Of a DNA stretch of 64,000 bases, positions 7,870 through 17,976 are shown one piece after another (position 1 is the first letter of the stretch; each line of letters begins with the position of its first letter). Source of the stretch: Candidatus Sumerlaeales bacterium (GTDB lineage: Bacteria; Sumerlaeota; Sumerlaeia; Sumerlaeales; Sumerlaeaceae); contig JBBSQY010000001.1 of assembly GCA_038243585.1 (NCBI GenBank), positions 64,001 to 128,000 of the forward strand. The letters are read 5' to 3'. The notes beneath the pieces were generated by a model. It had not been told where the DNA came from and made no database searches. It saw nothing but the letters and a program-made list of their open reading frames with translations. The position numbers were made by a program, and so were the translations under genes.

Positions 7870-10203
7870 ATGCTGTTACGCGTTTTCGTTTCGTTTGCTA
7901 TTTTTTGTCTCACTTTTACAGGCGGTGCTCAGGATCCCAGAAAAGTGGCGGAAATTTACGAAACAGAGGTATATGGCGTTTCTGGAAACTCCCCTGCAGC
8001 TGGAGAATTTCTGCTGTCTGCGCGGCTTGTAGTTCGCCCGGCGGAGCTGAATGGGGGCACAACAAGCATCACGCTGGAGTTTGACTCGCCCACAACCGCC
8101 GCGCTCATCCGCCTGACCAAGTTTTCGCTCCCGCAGGAATACGAAAGCGTGCTGGAGAATCAGGATGAGGTGTGGCTGGAGACCAGCCGGCGCGGCGGGC
8201 CCCTGGGCAGTGGCCGCTATGACATTACGGCCCTCGCAAAAGGACGCGGCGCATCGGCGGCAGCGTATGATGTTCTGGTGACAAACGCACTGGGACAGCC
8301 GGCGGGGGGTGTGCGGCTGGACGTGCGGGCGGGTATGGGCGATGCCGGTATTTCGCTGGGATCGCAGACGGTGCCTGCGAATGGCCGGGTTCGTCTGCAC
8401 ATCCCGCAGCCGGCAGACAAAGAGAGCGATCACAATCCCGGTTCGTTTGTCTATAGACCGTTTTCAGTTTTACAGATTACCGCCACCGACCCGACAGGGC
8501 AACGGCAGCGCTTGCAATTTCCGGGAGTGCCGCGACCGAACATTCCACCTGATTTCGAAAACATTCACCTGGCGTTGATGCCGAGGGAAACCACAGCCAC
8601 GGCTTTCCGGGGTCGTGTGCTGGGCCCCGACGACCTACCAGCTCCCGAGACTCAAATCACCTACCACTGGCTGGCGTTTCCAGGTATGGGAGGAGCGCAG
8701 TTCCAAGGGTACGGGGTTAGTATTTATCCAGCGCCAGACGGCATCTTCTGCACCGGGGTGCCGCAAGATTTCCTGCAGCAAAACCTGGGTGTACTGGATT
8801 TGCCGGCGTCTTCAACGCTTAACGTAAACGTAAGCGGCGGCTCCGGTATGACATTACGCACTGATAGAGAGAACCTTGTTCGATTGCCGCATGTGGAGCA
8901 GGTGCGTTTGCAACTTCTTGATAGCAGCGGTGGGCCGTTGACCGGGCTCAAGGCTAATAATATTCGTGTGGAAGCACTTACAAGCTCTGAGTCGGGGCAG
9001 GAAGCGGGTACTTCCATTCACCTGGCGGCGAAGCTGACCGATTCTTCGAATGCCCTGTTGACGTTGGACAATGTGCCTGTGCCCCGTCGCTATGCATTTG
9101 AAATTAATGACATAAAGTTCGAGCCGGTGCTGGTAAAGAAGGGCACAGGAGACGGAGTCGTTCAGTTGCGTCCAATGATCGACCGCGCCGAGGTAACGGG
9201 AAGGGTGGTTGCCGCAGAAAACGGCCAGCCTTTGGGTGGGGTATACGTGCTGAGCGCATGGGAATCTAATTCGCTTCACAGTATGGCGAAGCTATCGCCA
9301 GATCTTCTAAAATCCACTTGGGCGGCTTGGGACCCTTCCACACTCACGCTTGACAGTCCCGATCTAGATGTCAATCTGGGTAAAAACGGCACCTTGTTCA
9401 ATGTGGATGCGATGATGATAACCGATGACGAGGGGCGGTTTACGGTGGTATACGAGAACGGCCTCACGCCAAAAACAGTTCACGTGTTTGTGCCGGGCCG
9501 CATTGGCGCAACGGCGCGCGTACTTGACATGGATATGCCATCGGGCACGTCGGCTGTTTACACGGTGCCGGATGTGGCCCTACCGCTTTCGGCTTCGGTA
9601 ACCGTGCCCATTATTCCGCCTGACAAAGTTCCTGATAAGTTTTTGGATGGGGATGGGGTGGTGGGCAGCTCGCTGCGCAACGTGTTTATGGCGCATGTAG
9701 GTTTTGACCGCGAGGGACCCTGGCGGGCGGCTTTGCCACGGGAGAATTCTGGAAAGCAGAACCCGTGGGCACTCTTGACAACCAGCGGCTGGGCCGCGCC
9801 GGGAAACAGGCTGGAGCTCGCCATTCCAGCAGGGGTTAAGTTTCAGGTGACGGTGTCCGCCAGTTATCATCCAACCATCGGAACGGCCAGATGGAACGAT
9901 GTGGGGCCGCTCGCGCCCGGTGAAAACCTGGTGCTGCCAGATCAACCGGTTCCTGCAAAAATTCCTTTCCTGGTTTCAGTGAAAAAGAAAGAGGGAACAC
10001 CGGCCGTAGGAGTCTCCGTAAGAATCGATGGACAGCAGCCCCTTACCACAGATGCTGACGGCAACGTGATCGGTTGGACATCTGGCCACGTCGAGCGAAT
10101 TGAGGTAATGCTTGATAGCGGGTGGGAGGTGGCTGCGGAAAAGCGGGATATTACGGTAAACCCTAACGAAAGCCTGACCCGCGTGGAGATGGTAATCCCA
10201 TAG
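7870..10203 (+). CDS. Large secreted hypothetical protein with carboxypeptidase-regulatory-like beta-sandwich repeats
   Basis: AGGAGG before the ATG at 7870; signal peptide; repeated G-R-V-x-x-x-x-G-x-P and T-D-x-x-G-x-F motifs. Confidence 0.7.
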   Translation: MLLRVFVSFAIFCLTFTGGAQDPRKVAEIYETEVYGVSGNSPAAGEFLLSARLVVRPAELNGGTTSITLEFDSPTTAALIRLTKFSLPQEYESVLENQDEVWLETSRRGGPLGSGRYDITALAKGRGASAAAYDVLVTNALGQPAGGVRLDVRAGMGDAGISLGSQTVPANGRVRLHIPQPADKESDHNPGSFVYRPFSVLQITATDPTGQRQRLQFPGVPRPNIPPDFENIHLALMPRETTATAFRGRVLGPDDLPAPETQITYHWLAFPGMGGAQFQGYGVSIYPAPDGIFCTGVPQDFLQQNLGVLDLPASSTLNVNVSGGSGMTLRTDRENLVRLPHVEQVRLQLLDSSGGPLTGLKANNIRVEALTSSESGQEAGTSIHLAAKLTDSSNALLTLDNVPVPRRYAFEINDIKFEPVLVKKGTGDGVVQLRPMIDRAEVTGRVVAAENGQPLGGVYVLSAWESNSLHSMAKLSPDLLKSTWAAWDPSTLTLDSPDLDVNLGKNGTLFNVDAMMITDDEGRFTVVYENGLTPKTVHVFVPGRIGATARVLDMDMPSGTSAVYTVPDVALPLSASVTVPIIPPDKVPDKFLDGDGVVGSSLRNVFMAHVGFDREGPWRAALPRENSGKQNPWALLTTSGWAAPGNRLELAIPAGVKFQVTVSASYHPTIGTARWNDVGPLAPGENLVLPDQPVPAKIPFLVSVKKKEGTPAVGVSVRIDGQQPLTTDADGNVIGWTSGHVERIEVMLDSGWEVAAEKRDITVNPNESLTRVEMVIP

Positions 10204-10312
10204 AACCAGTCTGCTGTAAGTCTTTTTGTCTCTTCAGGTATTTCAGTTTTGTATGGAGAGTGGCTGCACCCCTTCCCGAGCGGGTGCAACCAACAGACGG
10301 GGCCGCGCGCTT

Positions 10313-11194
10313 TTAGTCCAGCATTCGCTGGGTTATTGGGGCGTAGGCGTCTATTCGGCGGTCTCGGAGGAATGGCCAGTTGCGGCGCACTTCTTCCTGC
10401 CATTTGCGATCGCATTCCGCGTAAAGGGTTTCTTCTGTGTCGGTCCCGGCTTCGGCCAATATCACGCCGAAGGGGTCGCAGATGAAACTCCGGCCCCAGA
10501 ACTCTATCCCGCCGTCCGCAGGGCCTTCGTGGCCGGTACGGTTCACCGCAGCCACATAAACCCCGTTGGCGATGGCGTGGGCCCGCTGGATCGTGCGCCA
10601 GGCATCATGCTGGCGGACGCCGTATTCTTCTTTCTCGGCCGGATGCCAGCCGATGGCCGTCGGATAAAACAGGATGTCGGCGCCTTTCATGGCTGTTAGG
10701 CGTGCCGCCTCGGGATACCACTGATCCCAGCAGACAAGCGTTCCGACTTTCGCCTGCGGCGTTTGAAATGCCTGGAAGTCCAGGTCTCCTGGCGTGAAGT
10801 AATACTTTTCGAAAAACAGCGGATCATCGGGTATGTGCATCTTACGATACTTGCCGATGATTTCGCCGGTAGGGCCGATGACGACCAGCGTATTATGATA
10901 AAGGCCGGCGGCGCGGCGTTCGAACAATGATGCCAGAACGGTCACCTTTTTGTCTTTGGCGACAGCGCCGAGCACGGCTGTGCTATCGCCGGGGATGCTT
11001 TCGGCCAGGTCGAAGGTGTTGCAATCCTGGGTCTGGCAAAAATACTGTGACCGGAACAACTCTGGCAGACAGATGATCTGGGCACCGTTGTCGGCGGCGT
11101 CAATCACACGATCACATGCCTTATCCAGGTTGGCGGCGGTGTCGGTGGAACACTGCATTTGCACGCAACCAATCGTATATTTATCAAGCATCAT
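10313..11194 (-). CDS. Carbon-nitrogen hydrolase, N-carbamoylputrescine amidase-like
   Basis: Nitrilase-superfamily triad LPELF (E), YRKMHIPDDP (K), VCWDQWYPEAAR (C); YPTAIGW. Confidence 0.9.
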   Translation of the reverse strand: MMLDKYTIGCVQMQCSTDTAANLDKACDRVIDAADNGAQIICLPELFRSQYFCQTQDCNTFDLAESIPGDSTAVLGAVAKDKKVTVLASLFERRAAGLYHNTLVVIGPTGEIIGKYRKMHIPDDPLFFEKYYFTPGDLDFQAFQTPQAKVGTLVCWDQWYPEAARLTAMKGADILFYPTAIGWHPAEKEEYGVRQHDAWRTIQRAHAIANGVYVAAVNRTGHEGPADGGIEFWGRSFICDPFGVILAEAGTDTEETLYAECDRKWQEEVRRNWPFLRDRRIDAYAPITQRMLD

Positions 11195-11290
11195 GGCTCC
11201 TATCACAAGCGGATTTAAATGGGTCTAATGTTTTTCTAAGGTATGCCGGGTACCGTGTAAGTCAGGACCTTAGCCCTTGCCTTAATGATA

Positions 11291-11325
11291 AATAAAATAA
11301 ACCCAGGCCAAAGGCCTGGGTTTAT
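11291..11325 (-). terminator. Intrinsic terminator after the L,D-transpeptidase gene
   Basis: Perfect stem ATAAACCCAGGCC-aaa-GGCCTGGGTTTAT with a T-rich tail on the minus strand. Confidence 0.75.
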
Positions 11326-11395
11326 AAGAGTAACCTGCTGCTTCGCAGTACCTCTGACACCTTCAGTTGTTACTCAGTTATAAGTGGTCAGTAGA

Positions 11396-12607
11396 TTACT
11401 GTACAAATTCCAGTTTGACGCCGGCTTTAACCCGCGATGCCAGCAGTTTTGCGTCCCAATTGGCAAGGCGAATACAGCCGTGGCTGTTATTTTTACTGAT
11501 GTTTTCAGGGTTCGGAGTTCCATGGATGCCCACGCTTTTGCGGGTGGTGCCGATCCACATATTTCCGACTGGGCTGTTGGGTCCCGGCGGAATAAGATAT
11601 TCCCGGCCAAGCTCGTCATCCCACATATTTTCGGGTTTGTACATGAACGGAGGATTTTTTATGGCGGTGGTGATAGCATACGTTTTACCGACAGGGAGAG
11701 GGTCTTTTTCACTTCCCAAAGTGCATGGAAAGTAGAACATCAGGTTGCCGGCGCTATCGTAGGCCATGATCCACTTGTTGTATTTGGAAATGCGGACAAC
11801 GTCTACGTCTCCGCGTTTAGTGTCAATGCCGTCTAATACGTTAAGAACCAGTAGTTTCTGCCCGGCTGTTACCCGCTCTAAATCCACATTTGGATTCAGT
11901 TTTTTCAGCAGGCCCTGGGACAGATGAAACTTTTCAGCCATCGCTTCCGCGCGACTCTCATAGGGTAGCCATTTCAGTTTAGACTGTTCCGGGTATGTCC
12001 TCGGAATGGAGCCCACCTTGTCGCTGACATCTTCACTTTTGAGGGTGTATTCCAACAGGTAGCCATCCTGAAACGCGTCCAGCCGGGAAATCATTTTGCT
12101 ATCCAGCTGCCCGGTAGGGGGCATATCGTTCATTTTCTGATAAACGAACAGACCGCGCTCAGTATTATAGCCCCATTTTCCGTCGATCTCGCCGGGGGAA
12201 AATCCGTTATAGTCCAGGAACACCTGCAAACGCAGCACGTCGACATCGTCGCCGGACTCGCTGGGAAAGTTGATGTCAAATCCTGTCGCGCCCAGGCTGC
12301 CTGCGGAAACTGCGCGGGCTGGCTGTTGCATTGCGCCCGGTGCCTGTTGAATCGGCGGTGCCTGTTGTGCCGGCTGCTGATACATCGGCTGTTGGCCGTA
12401 TGGCCTTGAAGGCGCGGGCTGCTGCTGAGCCGGCTGCTGCTGGGCTCCATAATAATACGATGCTCCGCCGTAGGCGGGCTGCTGCGGATAGGCAGGCGCA
12501 GCCTGCTGGGCGGCAGGGTAACCATAAGACTGGGCCATCGCGCCATAAGGCAGCGCCAGTCCGCAAACTATTGCAACGGCAATGGAAACTTTATCTGAAC
12601 TATACAT
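11396..12607 (-). CDS. L,D-transpeptidase (YkuD) with PG-binding and LysM-like domains and a Q/P/Y-rich N-terminus
   Basis: GIHGT...SHGCIRL catalytic motif; PG_binding_1-like LQVFLDYNGFSPGEIDGKWG; LLKKLNP; signal peptide. Confidence 0.9.
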   Translation of the reverse strand: MYSSDKVSIAVAIVCGLALPYGAMAQSYGYPAAQQAAPAYPQQPAYGGASYYYGAQQQPAQQQPAPSRPYGQQPMYQQPAQQAPPIQQAPGAMQQPARAVSAGSLGATGFDINFPSESGDDVDVLRLQVFLDYNGFSPGEIDGKWGYNTERGLFVYQKMNDMPPTGQLDSKMISRLDAFQDGYLLEYTLKSEDVSDKVGSIPRTYPEQSKLKWLPYESRAEAMAEKFHLSQGLLKKLNPNVDLERVTAGQKLLVLNVLDGIDTKRGDVDVVRISKYNKWIMAYDSAGNLMFYFPCTLGSEKDPLPVGKTYAITTAIKNPPFMYKPENMWDDELGREYLIPPGPNSPVGNMWIGTTRKSVGIHGTPNPENISKNNSHGCIRLANWDAKLLASRVKAGVKLEFVQ

Positions 12608-12820
12608 CTTGCTCCTGCACTTGAAACATGGTTTATATCCGAAAATCGAACACCCCGGATTAATACGGCGAACATCCGCAAATAGAATGCCACGGACAAT
12701 TACATCGAAGTGCGGAGGAATTCAGCGAAAGACGTGAAATACGGCCTCTGAGATGCGCAACCGGTCAATACGTGACACTTGTCAGGCGGATGCCATGACG
12801 CCGCGGGTTTCGGCTTCGGG

Positions 12821-13681
12821 TCAATCCTCTACCAGAGACCGCAGCACCCGCATATTTTCGACGTCCTCGCTCATCGCCGTATCCTTCTCCGTCTCCAGCA
12901 CCATGGGCACGCTTCGCAGCGATTCGTCGTTCATCAGAAAACGAAATGCTTCAAGGCCGATCTCTCCCTGCCCGATGTGATGGTGGCGGTCCTTTCGGCT
13001 TCCGCACGGCTGTTTGCTGTCATTTATGTGGATCGCCTTGAGATGCTGTTTCCCAATGGACGCGTCGAAATCTGCCCACATCGCGTCATAGCCTTCCCGG
13101 CTGCGGATGTCGTAGCCGGCGGCGAATACATGGCAGGTATCCAGACAGACCCCGACTCGTTCAGGCTGGCGCACCCGCTCAATGATGTGGCCGATTTCGC
13201 CAAACTGCCAACCGAGACAGGACCCCTGTCCGGCTGTCGTTTCCAGCAGGATCTGCGCGGCAAACCCGTCGGTCTTTTCAAACACCTCATCCAAACCTGC
13301 CACGATGGCCGCGAGCCCCGCTTCTTCTCCCCCGCCGCAGTGCGCCCCTGGATGGAGCACGAGCCCCGGAATCCCCAGCGCCTCGCAGCGGCTCAGTTCA
13401 TCGACCAGGTCGTCTATTGATTTGCGCACGAATTCCGGGTTATTGGAAGCCAGGTTGGCCAGGTAGATGGCATGGGCGATTACCGACTTTATGTTGCCCC
13501 GTTTCATTCCCTCGCGAAACGCCGCAATATCCTCATCCTTATGGGGAGGTGAGCTCCAGCGGGTGTTGCTTTTTACGAAAACCTGGATGGCCGTGCATCC
13601 AATGGATTCTCCCCGTTCAATGGCTTTGGCCATTCCTCCGGCCACGCTCATGTGGCTCCCCAACAGCAGATCAGTAGTCAT
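12821..13681 (-). CDS. nfo: Endonuclease IV
   Basis: LGSHMSVAGG, HAIYLANLAS, VLHPG, LLETTAGQG, CLDTCH, HINDSK...DRHHHIGQG. Confidence 0.95.
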   Translation of the reverse strand: MTTDLLLGSHMSVAGGMAKAIERGESIGCTAIQVFVKSNTRWSSPPHKDEDIAAFREGMKRGNIKSVIAHAIYLANLASNNPEFVRKSIDDLVDELSRCEALGIPGLVLHPGAHCGGGEEAGLAAIVAGLDEVFEKTDGFAAQILLETTAGQGSCLGWQFGEIGHIIERVRQPERVGVCLDTCHVFAAGYDIRSREGYDAMWADFDASIGKQHLKAIHINDSKQPCGSRKDRHHHIGQGEIGLEAFRFLMNDESLRSVPMVLETEKDTAMSEDVENMRVLRSLVED

Positions 13682-13792
13682 GGCAGGGTTCTAAACACTT
13701 CTCCTGCAAAAAGTTCCAGGAAATCGGCGGTGAATAGGAAACGGTCGCAGGAAACACTGCTTTCAAGATTCTTAAGTATAAGGAAGTTCACG

Positions 13793-14470
13793 ATGCTACG
13801 TCCCGATGAAGCTCTCGAGCGCCTCATGAACGGTAATAAACGGTATGCAAGCAGCACACAGACCCGGCCTAATCAGGATGCTCTGCGCCGTGCGGAAGTT
13901 GCCAATGGCCAAGATCCCTTCGCCATAGTCGTGGGCTGTTCAGACTCCCGTGTCCCTGTAGAGGTTATTTTTGACGTTGGAGTGGGCGATCTTTTCGTCA
14001 TCCGCACCGCCGGAAACCTGATGGAAGATGTCTGCATTGCGAGTGTTGAGTTTGGTGTCGCTGTGTTGGGCATTCGCTTGGTGATGGTTATGGGACATCT
14101 CCGTTGCGGTGCCGTAGGGTCTGCCGTTGAGGCAACCCTCAATAAGGAAAATCGAATTCCCGCCTCGTCGTGGGATGATGAATCGGCAATGGATGAGCCT
14201 CGAAGCTTTGTGGACGGTCTGGTGGACAAAATTCGTCCCGCTGTGGACAATGTAAGGCATCTGCCCGGCGATCTCCTGGATAACGCTATCCGGGCCAATG
14301 CCGAAATGATGGTTTGCCGCATGAGAGACCGCAGCTCGATCATTAATGGAGCGGAAAAATCTGGGAAGCTCCAACTCCTTTCTTCCGTGTATGACCTCGA
14401 TGCCGGGCTTGTGGTTTTAAATCCTGTAAATCTAGATCGCGCCCCCAGAAAAACCGATAAAAATTTATGA
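13793..14470 (+). CDS. Beta-class carbonic anhydrase
   Basis: GCSDSRVP and GHLRCGAV Zn ligands; GDLFVIRTAGN. Confidence 0.93.
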   Translation: MLRPDEALERLMNGNKRYASSTQTRPNQDALRRAEVANGQDPFAIVVGCSDSRVPVEVIFDVGVGDLFVIRTAGNLMEDVCIASVEFGVAVLGIRLVMVMGHLRCGAVGSAVEATLNKENRIPASSWDDESAMDEPRSFVDGLVDKIRPAVDNVRHLPGDLLDNAIRANAEMMVCRMRDRSSIINGAEKSGKLQLLSSVYDLDAGLVVLNPVNLDRAPRKTDKNL

Positions 14471-14491
14471 GCACACAAGGACCGGTTTCCC

Positions 14492-15145
14492 ATGGATGAT
14501 AACAAGCTGCTTTTTGAAGATCAGGATCGCAAACCGGCAGTATTTATGGATCGCGACGGCACCATGACCGTGGAAGGCGGATATATTAATCATCCGTCAC
14601 GGCTGGAGCTGATCGCAGGCACTGCCGACGCCGTGCGCCTTTGTAACGAAAATGACCTGCTGGCCGTGGTAACCACGAACCAGGCGGGGGTGGCCCGAGG
14701 GTATTTTACGGAGGACCTGATCCATGTCGTCCATGGTCGCCTGAGGGAAATGCTGGCAGAAAAAAATGCCGTTCTGGATGCCATTTACTATTGCCCTCAC
14801 CATCCCCACGAGGGCAAGCCACCCTATCGGGCCGAGTGTGACTGCCGCAAACCCGGGCCAGGCATGATTGAACGGGCCTGCCGTGAACTGCCTGTGGATA
14901 AATCACGCAGCTATATGGTTGGCGATAAAATCAGCGACAGTGAATTTGGGCACCGGCTGGGTCTGCGTACGGTGATGGTGCTCACGGGGTATGGACGGGG
15001 CGAACACGAGTATCAGCGCCAGGACTGGAAGGACACTCCGGACTTCATTGCGGAGGACCTGAAGTGTGCGGTCGAATGGATCATTGATGATCTGAAAAAC
15101 AGAGATGCCGAAGCAACACCGCCAAATCAGCAGGCCCAGGTTTGA
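14492..15145 (+). CDS. gmhB: D-glycero-D-manno-heptose 1,7-bisphosphate phosphatase
   Basis: HAD motifs FMDRDGT, TNQAGVARG, YCPHHP...CDCRKP, MVGDK. Confidence 0.9.
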   Translation: MDDNKLLFEDQDRKPAVFMDRDGTMTVEGGYINHPSRLELIAGTADAVRLCNENDLLAVVTTNQAGVARGYFTEDLIHVVHGRLREMLAEKNAVLDAIYYCPHHPHEGKPPYRAECDCRKPGPGMIERACRELPVDKSRSYMVGDKISDSEFGHRLGLRTVMVLTGYGRGEHEYQRQDWKDTPDFIAEDLKCAVEWIIDDLKNRDAEATPPNQQAQV

Positions 15146-15627
15146 TCGCCAAGTTAAAAACTGTGGAGCAAGCCACGGGCTTTCGCGAGCAACTGCGTGG
15201 CGAACACAAACGGGTCATCTTTGCCAACGGCTGCTTTGATGTTTTGCACGGGGGTCATGTCAGCTACCTGGCCGATTCTCGCGCCCAGGGCGATGTGCTG
15301 ATTGTCGGGGTGAACAGCGACGCCAGTGAGCGGGGCCTGAAGGGTCCGACGCGGCCCATCTACACCCAGGACGAACGTCTGGTTCTTCTTGATGCGATCC
15401 GCTACATCGACTGTCTGGTCCTGTTTGACGAGCCGACCTGTGAGAATCTGCTTCGCGCACTCAGGCCGGATGTTCATGCAAAAGGCACTGACTACACAGC
15501 CGATACCATACCGGAAAAAGAGGTGGCGCGGGAACTTGGAATTGAAGTTTATATCGCCGGTCCGCCTAAAGAAAACGCGTCTCGCGGAGTGATCGCGACC
15601 GTGGTGGAACGCTTTGGCCGTGGCTGA
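15142..15627 (+). CDS. ADP-heptose synthase, stand-alone adenylyltransferase domain (HldC/RfaE2-like)
   Basis: FANGCFDVLHGGH, VGVNSDAS, KGPTRP, KGTDY; lies between gmhB and a GT9 gene. Confidence 0.88.
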   Translation: MIAKLKTVEQATGFREQLRGEHKRVIFANGCFDVLHGGHVSYLADSRAQGDVLIVGVNSDASERGLKGPTRPIYTQDERLVLLDAIRYIDCLVLFDEPTCENLLRALRPDVHAKGTDYTADTIPEKEVARELGIEVYIAGPPKENASRGVIATVVERFGRG

Positions 15628-16687
15628 TCCCCAGCGCGCCACATCCCGCAAGCCGCGCATTCTGATCGTTAAACTCAGTGCCGTTGGCGATGTTGTCCAC
15701 ACACTGCCGGCTCTCCACGCCCTGCGCCGCCACCTGCCAAACGCGCACATCGGATGGGTTGCTCATCCGGGCCCCGCCAATCTGCTGGAGGGGCATCCGG
15801 AAATAGATGAACTCATTCTGCTTCCCCGCCGCCCGGCCCAGTATGGCGGACTTTCTGGATTCAGGAGCCTTGTCAAAAAACTAAAATCTGACGGGGCCGG
15901 GTGGGACTGGGCTATCGACTTTCAGGGCCTCACCAAAAGCGGCCTGGTGGCGTTGATCAGCGGAGCCACGGAACGCGTGGGGTTTGGAAACAAGGCCAGT
16001 CGCGAATTAAATTCGCTGCTTATCAATCACCGCGTTTTCACGAAGAGTTCCCAGGTCATTCAAATGAACATGGAACTGCTTAAGCCGCTGGGTGTGCCGT
16101 CGAACACTCCCGCAGACGCCATTTTCCCCTGTACGGATGAGGACAACGACTACATCCGGCGGTGGCTAGCCTCGGCCGGTTTGGTGGGTGAGCGCTTTCT
16201 GATTCTTGATCCGTTTGCGGGATGGGAAACGAAACTGTGGCCGGTAAGCCACTGGACGGAAACCGCCCGGCTTGCACGGGAAAAGCTGGGTCTGCGATCC
16301 ATCATCTTTCATGGCCCGGAAGAGCGCACCCGCGCGGCTCAGCTTCTGGCCACAATACCCGGCTCAGTGCTGCCGCCGGAAACCAGTCTTCGTCAGTATG
16401 TCGCGTTGCTCTGCCAATCTGCCACCGCTATGGTGGCTGCGGATACCGGCCCCATGCACATTGCCGCTGCCCTGGGCATTCCGGTGGTCGCGTTGTATGG
16501 GCCGTCAGACCGCCACCGCAACTCCCCGGTCTTTGCCCGCGCCCGGTTCGTGACCCTGCAGGACGATGCCCAGCCCTGCGCGGGAACGTTTGCCCGCCGA
16601 TGTGCTCACCACGAAAGCGGTCAGTGCATGGCCACCCTGACGCCGGAAATGGTAGCAGAGGCACTTTCGGATGTTTTGAAAAAGTGA
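15614..16687 (+). CDS. GT9 LPS heptosyltransferase (WaaC/WaaF-like)
   Basis: RILIVKLSAVGDVVHTLP, IDFQGLTKS, DTGPMHIAAALG...LYGP. Confidence 0.9.
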   Translation: MAVADPQRATSRKPRILIVKLSAVGDVVHTLPALHALRRHLPNAHIGWVAHPGPANLLEGHPEIDELILLPRRPAQYGGLSGFRSLVKKLKSDGAGWDWAIDFQGLTKSGLVALISGATERVGFGNKASRELNSLLINHRVFTKSSQVIQMNMELLKPLGVPSNTPADAIFPCTDEDNDYIRRWLASAGLVGERFLILDPFAGWETKLWPVSHWTETARLAREKLGLRSIIFHGPEERTRAAQLLATIPGSVLPPETSLRQYVALLCQSATAMVAADTGPMHIAAALGIPVVALYGPSDRHRNSPVFARARFVTLQDDAQPCAGTFARRCAHHESGQCMATLTPEMVAEALSDVLKK

Positions 16688-16688
16688 C

Positions 16689-16779
16689 GGGTTATAAATC
16701 GGGCCTTCAGCCCTTCAACGGCAGGAAAATCCAACCCAGGCCGTTGGCTTGGGCTGGTATAGACCGCACCTTCGGTGCT
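16689..16779. repeat. REP-like multi-hairpin element between convergent genes
   Basis: Successive short imperfect palindromes GGGCCTTCAGCCC, CCCAGGCCGTTGGCTTGGG and GCACCTTCGGTGC. Confidence 0.45.
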
Positions 16780-16907
16780 AGTTAAGCTTGCACCTTTGGT
16801 GATTCTTTTATCTCGCATCTTCGATGCTTGGTATCGCTCGCATCCGTGGCGCTGTGATATCCGGCATGGCCCTGTAATATCACGCCACTTTCGGCGCTTA
16901 TTGGGAC

Positions 16908-17966
16908 TTAATCCGCCCAGACGTCTTCTGCGTTTGTTGCTTCCTCGGTTGCCTGTGTTTCTCTTAGAAGCTGCATGTGGCTTTTTATGCCCTCAATCAA
17001 TTCTTCAAGACCCTGACCGGATTCGGCGGAAATCACAAGGGTTTCTACCCCGCGATTTAGAAACTCCGCCTTGATTTCTGCCATGGCTTCCGGCGACATC
17101 AGATCCGCCTTAGTCAGACAAACAATCTGATGTTTGGCCGCGAGCTTGTCTGAGTAGGCGGCCAGTTCCTGATTGATCAGTTCGTAGCTATACCAGAAGT
17201 GTTCGAAGTCCGCGAAATCCACATCTTCGCCCGGTGCCACCAGATGCACAAGAAACCCGGTCCGTTCTACGTGACGAAGAAACCGGTGGCCGAGCCCGGC
17301 ACCTTGATGTGCGCCTTCGATCAGACCAGGAATATCCGCAATCACGCAGCGCGTGTTCATGTCCAGATCCAACACGCCGAGGTTAGGGTGGATGGTGGTA
17401 AACGGGTACGATGCAACCTTAGGGGTCGCTTTTGTCAGGTGACTGAGGAGCGTGCTTTTTCCCGCGTTTGGCAACCCGGCCAAGCCCACATCGGCAATCA
17501 TCTTCAGTTCAAGGATCAACACGCGATGCTCACCGTCTCCACCATACTCCCAGCGGCGAGGTGCCTTGTTGTTTGGCGTGGCGAAATGTTGATTTCCGCG
17601 TCCGCCGCGTCCGGCTTTCGCCGCCATCCATTTCTGGTCCGGCTCCACGAGATCAACGAGGACTTCGCCATCTTCCGTGGATATGGTGGTGCCTTGCGGC
17701 ACACGGATGATAATATCCTCCGCGTCGCGGCCAGTACACTGGTTTCCGCTGCCATGGTCTCCGCGCTTTGCAATGTACTGCGGGCGCGTTTTCACATCCA
17801 GAAGCGTATTAATCTGGGATGCAACTTCCAGATAGATATGGCCGCCCCGCCCACCGTCTCCGCCGTCCGGGCCACCCAGTGGCACGTATTTTTCCCGACG
17901 AAAACTTATGCAGCCATCGCCGCCGTCGCCAGCCTGGACATTAATTTTTACATAATCAACAAACAT
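16908..17966 (-). CDS. obgE: Obg-family GTPase
   Basis: Gly-rich Obg fold FRREKYVPLGGPDGGDGG; GLPNAGKST; YPFTT; DIPGLIEGA; TKAD. Confidence 0.97.
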   Translation of the reverse strand: MFVDYVKINVQAGDGGDGCISFRREKYVPLGGPDGGDGGRGGHIYLEVASQINTLLDVKTRPQYIAKRGDHGSGNQCTGRDAEDIIIRVPQGTTISTEDGEVLVDLVEPDQKWMAAKAGRGGRGNQHFATPNNKAPRRWEYGGDGEHRVLILELKMIADVGLAGLPNAGKSTLLSHLTKATPKVASYPFTTIHPNLGVLDLDMNTRCVIADIPGLIEGAHQGAGLGHRFLRHVERTGFLVHLVAPGEDVDFADFEHFWYSYELINQELAAYSDKLAAKHQIVCLTKADLMSPEAMAEIKAEFLNRGVETLVISAESGQGLEELIEGIKSHMQLLRETQATEEATNAEDVWAD

Positions 17967-17976
17967 ATACTTTTAG

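Noticed and set aside
16908..16940. ObgE C-terminus (EDVWAD) as a third copy of the VxxWxxY motif
   Set aside because: Spacing does not match, there is no Tyr, and the protein is cytoplasmic.
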